In this document: in pieces, positions 61,386-64,000 of the stretch | How positions within the stretch are numbered: position 1 is the first letter of the stretch | How the letters are laid out: each line of letters begins with the position of its first letter | Assembly: GCA_965217965.1 (NCBI GenBank) | Contig: CBDCJQ010000002.1 | Location: forward strand, 139,225-203,224 | Reading direction: 5' to 3' | Source: Hanamia sp. | GTDB taxonomy: Bacteria > Bacteroidota > Bacteroidia > Chitinophagales > Chitinophagaceae | Length of the DNA: 64,000 nt | Notes under the pieces: model-generated | Told to the model about the DNA's origin: nothing | Database searches by the model: none | Seen by the model: only the letters and a program-made list of their open reading frames with translations | Made by a program: the position numbers and the translations under genes

Positions 61386-61602
61386 TACTAATGTATATAA
61401 AATATGACTGCTTGTTGTCTTATGCCGGCTGAGAGCATTTAATCTTTGTTATATCATTTGGGCATAAAAACATACTATTCTGGAATCATGGATCAATGCG
61501 TTTTTAATTTTTGCCGGTGGTCAGTCCGAAGGACTCCCTTGGAGGAGACCAGACGGCGGCTCTCACGTGTGGATAGGTTGGACTCGCGAAAGAACGCGAA
61601 CA

Positions 61603-62346
61603 GTCGAGTAGGCAAAGGCATTTCAGCCCAAGCCGCTCAAAGAACCGTACGTGAAAGTCTCCCTTCATACGGCTCGTATTATCCAATCATGCTTTTATTC
61701 CAATCTTCCAATGATAAAACAACAAAGGGGTTTCTGCTTGCATCAATTGATACTTCTTGTACAACCTGTTCTTGCCTCGTATCTTATATGTGTTCTTCAT
61801 CCACTTGCGGATTAGTTCATTCAGATAATAAAATACGCTATGTGCTTCATCTCTGTTGAACCTTGTGTAGTAATTGATCCAGCCACGTATTTTAGGATTT
61901 AGCTTCTCTGCAAACCATTCTAACGACTGTGTACTCCACTGCGTTCGCAACACTTCTTTGATAGCTGTTCTGATACTCGTTTTGGCTGCATTGCAGATAG
62001 CTGCACTAAACACTAATAAGCGTTTTGCTCTGCCAAACTTATCCTTCACTGTTCTCGGCTGAAAACTATAACTTAGAAAGGTGAAGCTTTCATTATCGTG
62101 CTTTTCACAGCGCTGATAGTTTTTGCAATACACAATCTTCGTCTTTTCAGGATGCAGTGTTAATTCAAATTCCTGCATTCTTGTTTTCAGTTCTTCCAGC
62201 ATCTGATCAGCTTCTTCTTTACTGCTGCAATGTATTACGATGTCATCAGCGTAACGCTCAAAAGGACATTGCCGTTGTGCTTCATCCATCCACTTGTCAA
62301 AAGCATGATGCAGGTATATGTTAGCTAACAACGGACTAATCACTCC
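61603..62346 (-). mobile_element. 3' half of a group II intron (probably bacterial class D): RT/maturase C-half plus domains V and VI
   Basis: DV GAGCCGTATGAAGGGAGACTTTCACGTACGGTTC at 61675-61642 (AGC triad); DVI ending CCTACTCGAC at 61603. Confidence 0.9.
61687..62346 (-). pseudogene. ltrA: Group II intron reverse transcriptase/maturase, C-terminal half
   Basis: GVISPLLANIYLH, FERYADD, LHPEKTKI, FTFLSY, IRGWINYY; no endonuclease domain; RT0-4 N-part absent. Confidence 0.9.
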
Positions 62347-63958
62347 TCGTACACAATTGGTAATTTTTTTTATTTTGCTCATTTTTGTTCTCCTTTAAGG
62401 GTATGGAGTGCCTGATATCTATACTATTGTCACCAACCACAACCTCCTTTACCAGCAATCTTAAAATCTTCTTTTTTTCTTTTATATCCAGTTGATGAAC
62501 ATTAATGCCTAGCTGGTTTTTAAAGCTTTCTGCATCCAGGTATTGAAGCCGTTGATCCAATGCCAGCTCATGATTTTTCAGATTCTCCAACTCTTTCTCT
62601 GTGGTATTAACCCGCCTTTGTAATTCCGGCATTCGGGTTCTTAATTGCCCTATAGTGATAAGACCCTCCTGGTAAGCATCTAATAATTTATCCATTGACT
62701 GTGATAATTTATTACGCTGCCTGAGCATGGCTTCTTTTTGTTTTAATACAGGACTAGCCTTTCTTGTTTCTTCCACTCTTTTTTCGACTTCTCTTTGGAT
62801 CAGCATTGGGTCTTCTAATAACTCTGCTATCTGCTGCCACACAACATTGTCCAGGTAGTCTTGCCTGAGGGGTTTGCAATTACACTTTCTTACTCCTTCA
62901 AAGCGATAAGGATCTGAACCAAAACATCTGTAATAATAAATCCTTTTTTTTGCTGATGTTTCTGTATACGTTCTGTATAAAGAATAGCCGCATTCACTGC
63001 ACACCATCATACCCTGCAGCAATGTTTCTACTTTTGTATTCCGCTGTGAATGGAGCTTATTGCTTTTTAACCTTTCCTGTGCGATATCAAAAACATCCTG
63101 GCTGATTATAGCCGGCACCGGGATTTCTATCCATTCTTCTCTTGGCTTTTCCCTGTTACACCCATTCTTTACTGCAAATCCGCCCTTTGCTCTTAATGGT
63201 TTAGTAATTCTTTGGCGTTCTGCATGCTCTGTTTTTCCATAACAAGCTTTACCACAATAAGCAGGATTTCGAAGCATTGCCCAGATAACAGAACGTTCCC
63301 ATTTACCTGTATTTTTTCTTGTCGGTATTTTTTCAGCAGTAAACTTTCTGGCAACGGTGCCTATGCTACAAAAATCTTCTGTATACATCCGGAACAGTTC
63401 CTTTACCACTTCAGCTTCCTTTTCATTGATTTGATAATAAGCTGCGGCATCCTCGGTCTTCCTGATATAGCTATAGCCATAAGGCGCACCACATAATACA
63501 TTCACCACCCCTGATTTGGCTTTATAACGTTTCCCTCTGCGGCACCGCTCCTTAATAATTGCCCGTTCGTACTCTGAGATCATGCCCTGAAACTGTAATA
63601 ACAACGCTTCTTCCGGAGTATCTGCTTTTGGTGAGTTAATAAATAATACTTCCGTACCACACGATGCAAATTCATCCATTAATACTACCTGATATGCATA
63701 ATTGCGGCTCAGGCGGTCAGGACTATAAATTAATATCGCCTGTATCTGACCTTCGGCACTCAGGTCTCTTACTCTTTCAAGTCCAGGCCTAACTAATATA
63801 GCACCACTATACCCTTCATCTTTAAGCACATACTCATCCGGAACAACATAACCTTGCTGTTCTGCAAAACTTAAGAGTTCGTCCACCTGACTGCCAATGG
63901 TTTTATTCTCCTTCTGCTGGTTCGAGGACACTCTGGTGTATATGGCTGCTGTTTTCAT
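62336..63958 (-). CDS. Large serine recombinase
   Basis: YTRVSS catalytic Ser, DEGYSG, DRLSR, GAPYGY, zinc ribbon CSECG..YYRC, coiled coil. Confidence 0.95.
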   Translation of the reverse strand: MKTAAIYTRVSSNQQKENKTIGSQVDELLSFAEQQGYVVPDEYVLKDEGYSGAILVRPGLERVRDLSAEGQIQAILIYSPDRLSRNYAYQVVLMDEFASCGTEVLFINSPKADTPEEALLLQFQGMISEYERAIIKERCRRGKRYKAKSGVVNVLCGAPYGYSYIRKTEDAAAYYQINEKEAEVVKELFRMYTEDFCSIGTVARKFTAEKIPTRKNTGKWERSVIWAMLRNPAYCGKACYGKTEHAERQRITKPLRAKGGFAVKNGCNREKPREEWIEIPVPAIISQDVFDIAQERLKSNKLHSQRNTKVETLLQGMMVCSECGYSLYRTYTETSAKKRIYYYRCFGSDPYRFEGVRKCNCKPLRQDYLDNVVWQQIAELLEDPMLIQREVEKRVEETRKASPVLKQKEAMLRQRNKLSQSMDKLLDAYQEGLITIGQLRTRMPELQRRVNTTEKELENLKNHELALDQRLQYLDAESFKNQLGINVHQLDIKEKKKILRLLVKEVVVGDNSIDIRHSIPLKENKNEQNKKNYQLCTRSD

Positions 63959-64000
63959 ATACTGAAGTTTGTTCTATTAATTTATATGATGATTGCTCAG

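Noticed and set aside
61446-61859. 137-aa + strand ORF and the 61504-61686 - strand ORF
   Set aside because: They overlap intron DV/DVI, the RT and the RAYT leader; shadow frames
61687-62382. Retron, DGR or Abi-type reverse transcriptase
   Set aside because: Canonical group II domains V/VI follow immediately and a maturase X domain is present; no VTG motif or TR/VR pair seen
62347-62382. ORF-track start of the RT (MSKIKKITNCVR)
   Set aside because: This is recombinase sequence read in another frame; RT homology starts only at about 62346
1-64000. tRNA, rRNA, tmRNA, RNase P RNA and known riboswitches
   Set aside because: No recognisable signatures by eye; tRNAscan-SE and Infernal would be needed to exclude them fully

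Overview
AT-rich Bacteroidota genomic window, most like Chitinophagaceae (inferred from gene content and repeat types). From 1 to about 52 kb it is mostly core and stress genes. Housekeeping genes are obgE, ctaA, rnhB, a TetR-TolC-MFP-RND efflux operon, an ECF sigma/anti-sigma module, pepF, rpmH, rnpA, prfA and recO. There are also two general-stress clusters (sigma-54 activator/YihY/lmo0937/CsbD; Ku-LigD/YtxH/Fet4/CHASE3 kinase), a GH18-deacetylase-GT2 fusion and two HEPN gene pairs. From about 52 to 64 kb it is a decaying accessory island: IS1595 and DUF4010 relics, an AAA-DUF4143 ATPase, four REP-associated tyrosine transposase (RAYT) relics, a MITE, and the 3' half of a group II intron split at the RT QGG motif by a large serine recombinase. 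The main leads are: (1) the recombinase element integrated in the intron RT gene; (2) a RAYT gene carrying five short palindromic insertions, one of them at a site also hit in a second RAYT; (3) LigD split at an A10 run, a candidate recoding site; (4) a recurring GGCA-N5-TT motif upstream of stress genes; (5) a HEPN gene with an unknown partner. All calls come from reading motifs by eye. No database searches were run, so family names and novelty are unverified.
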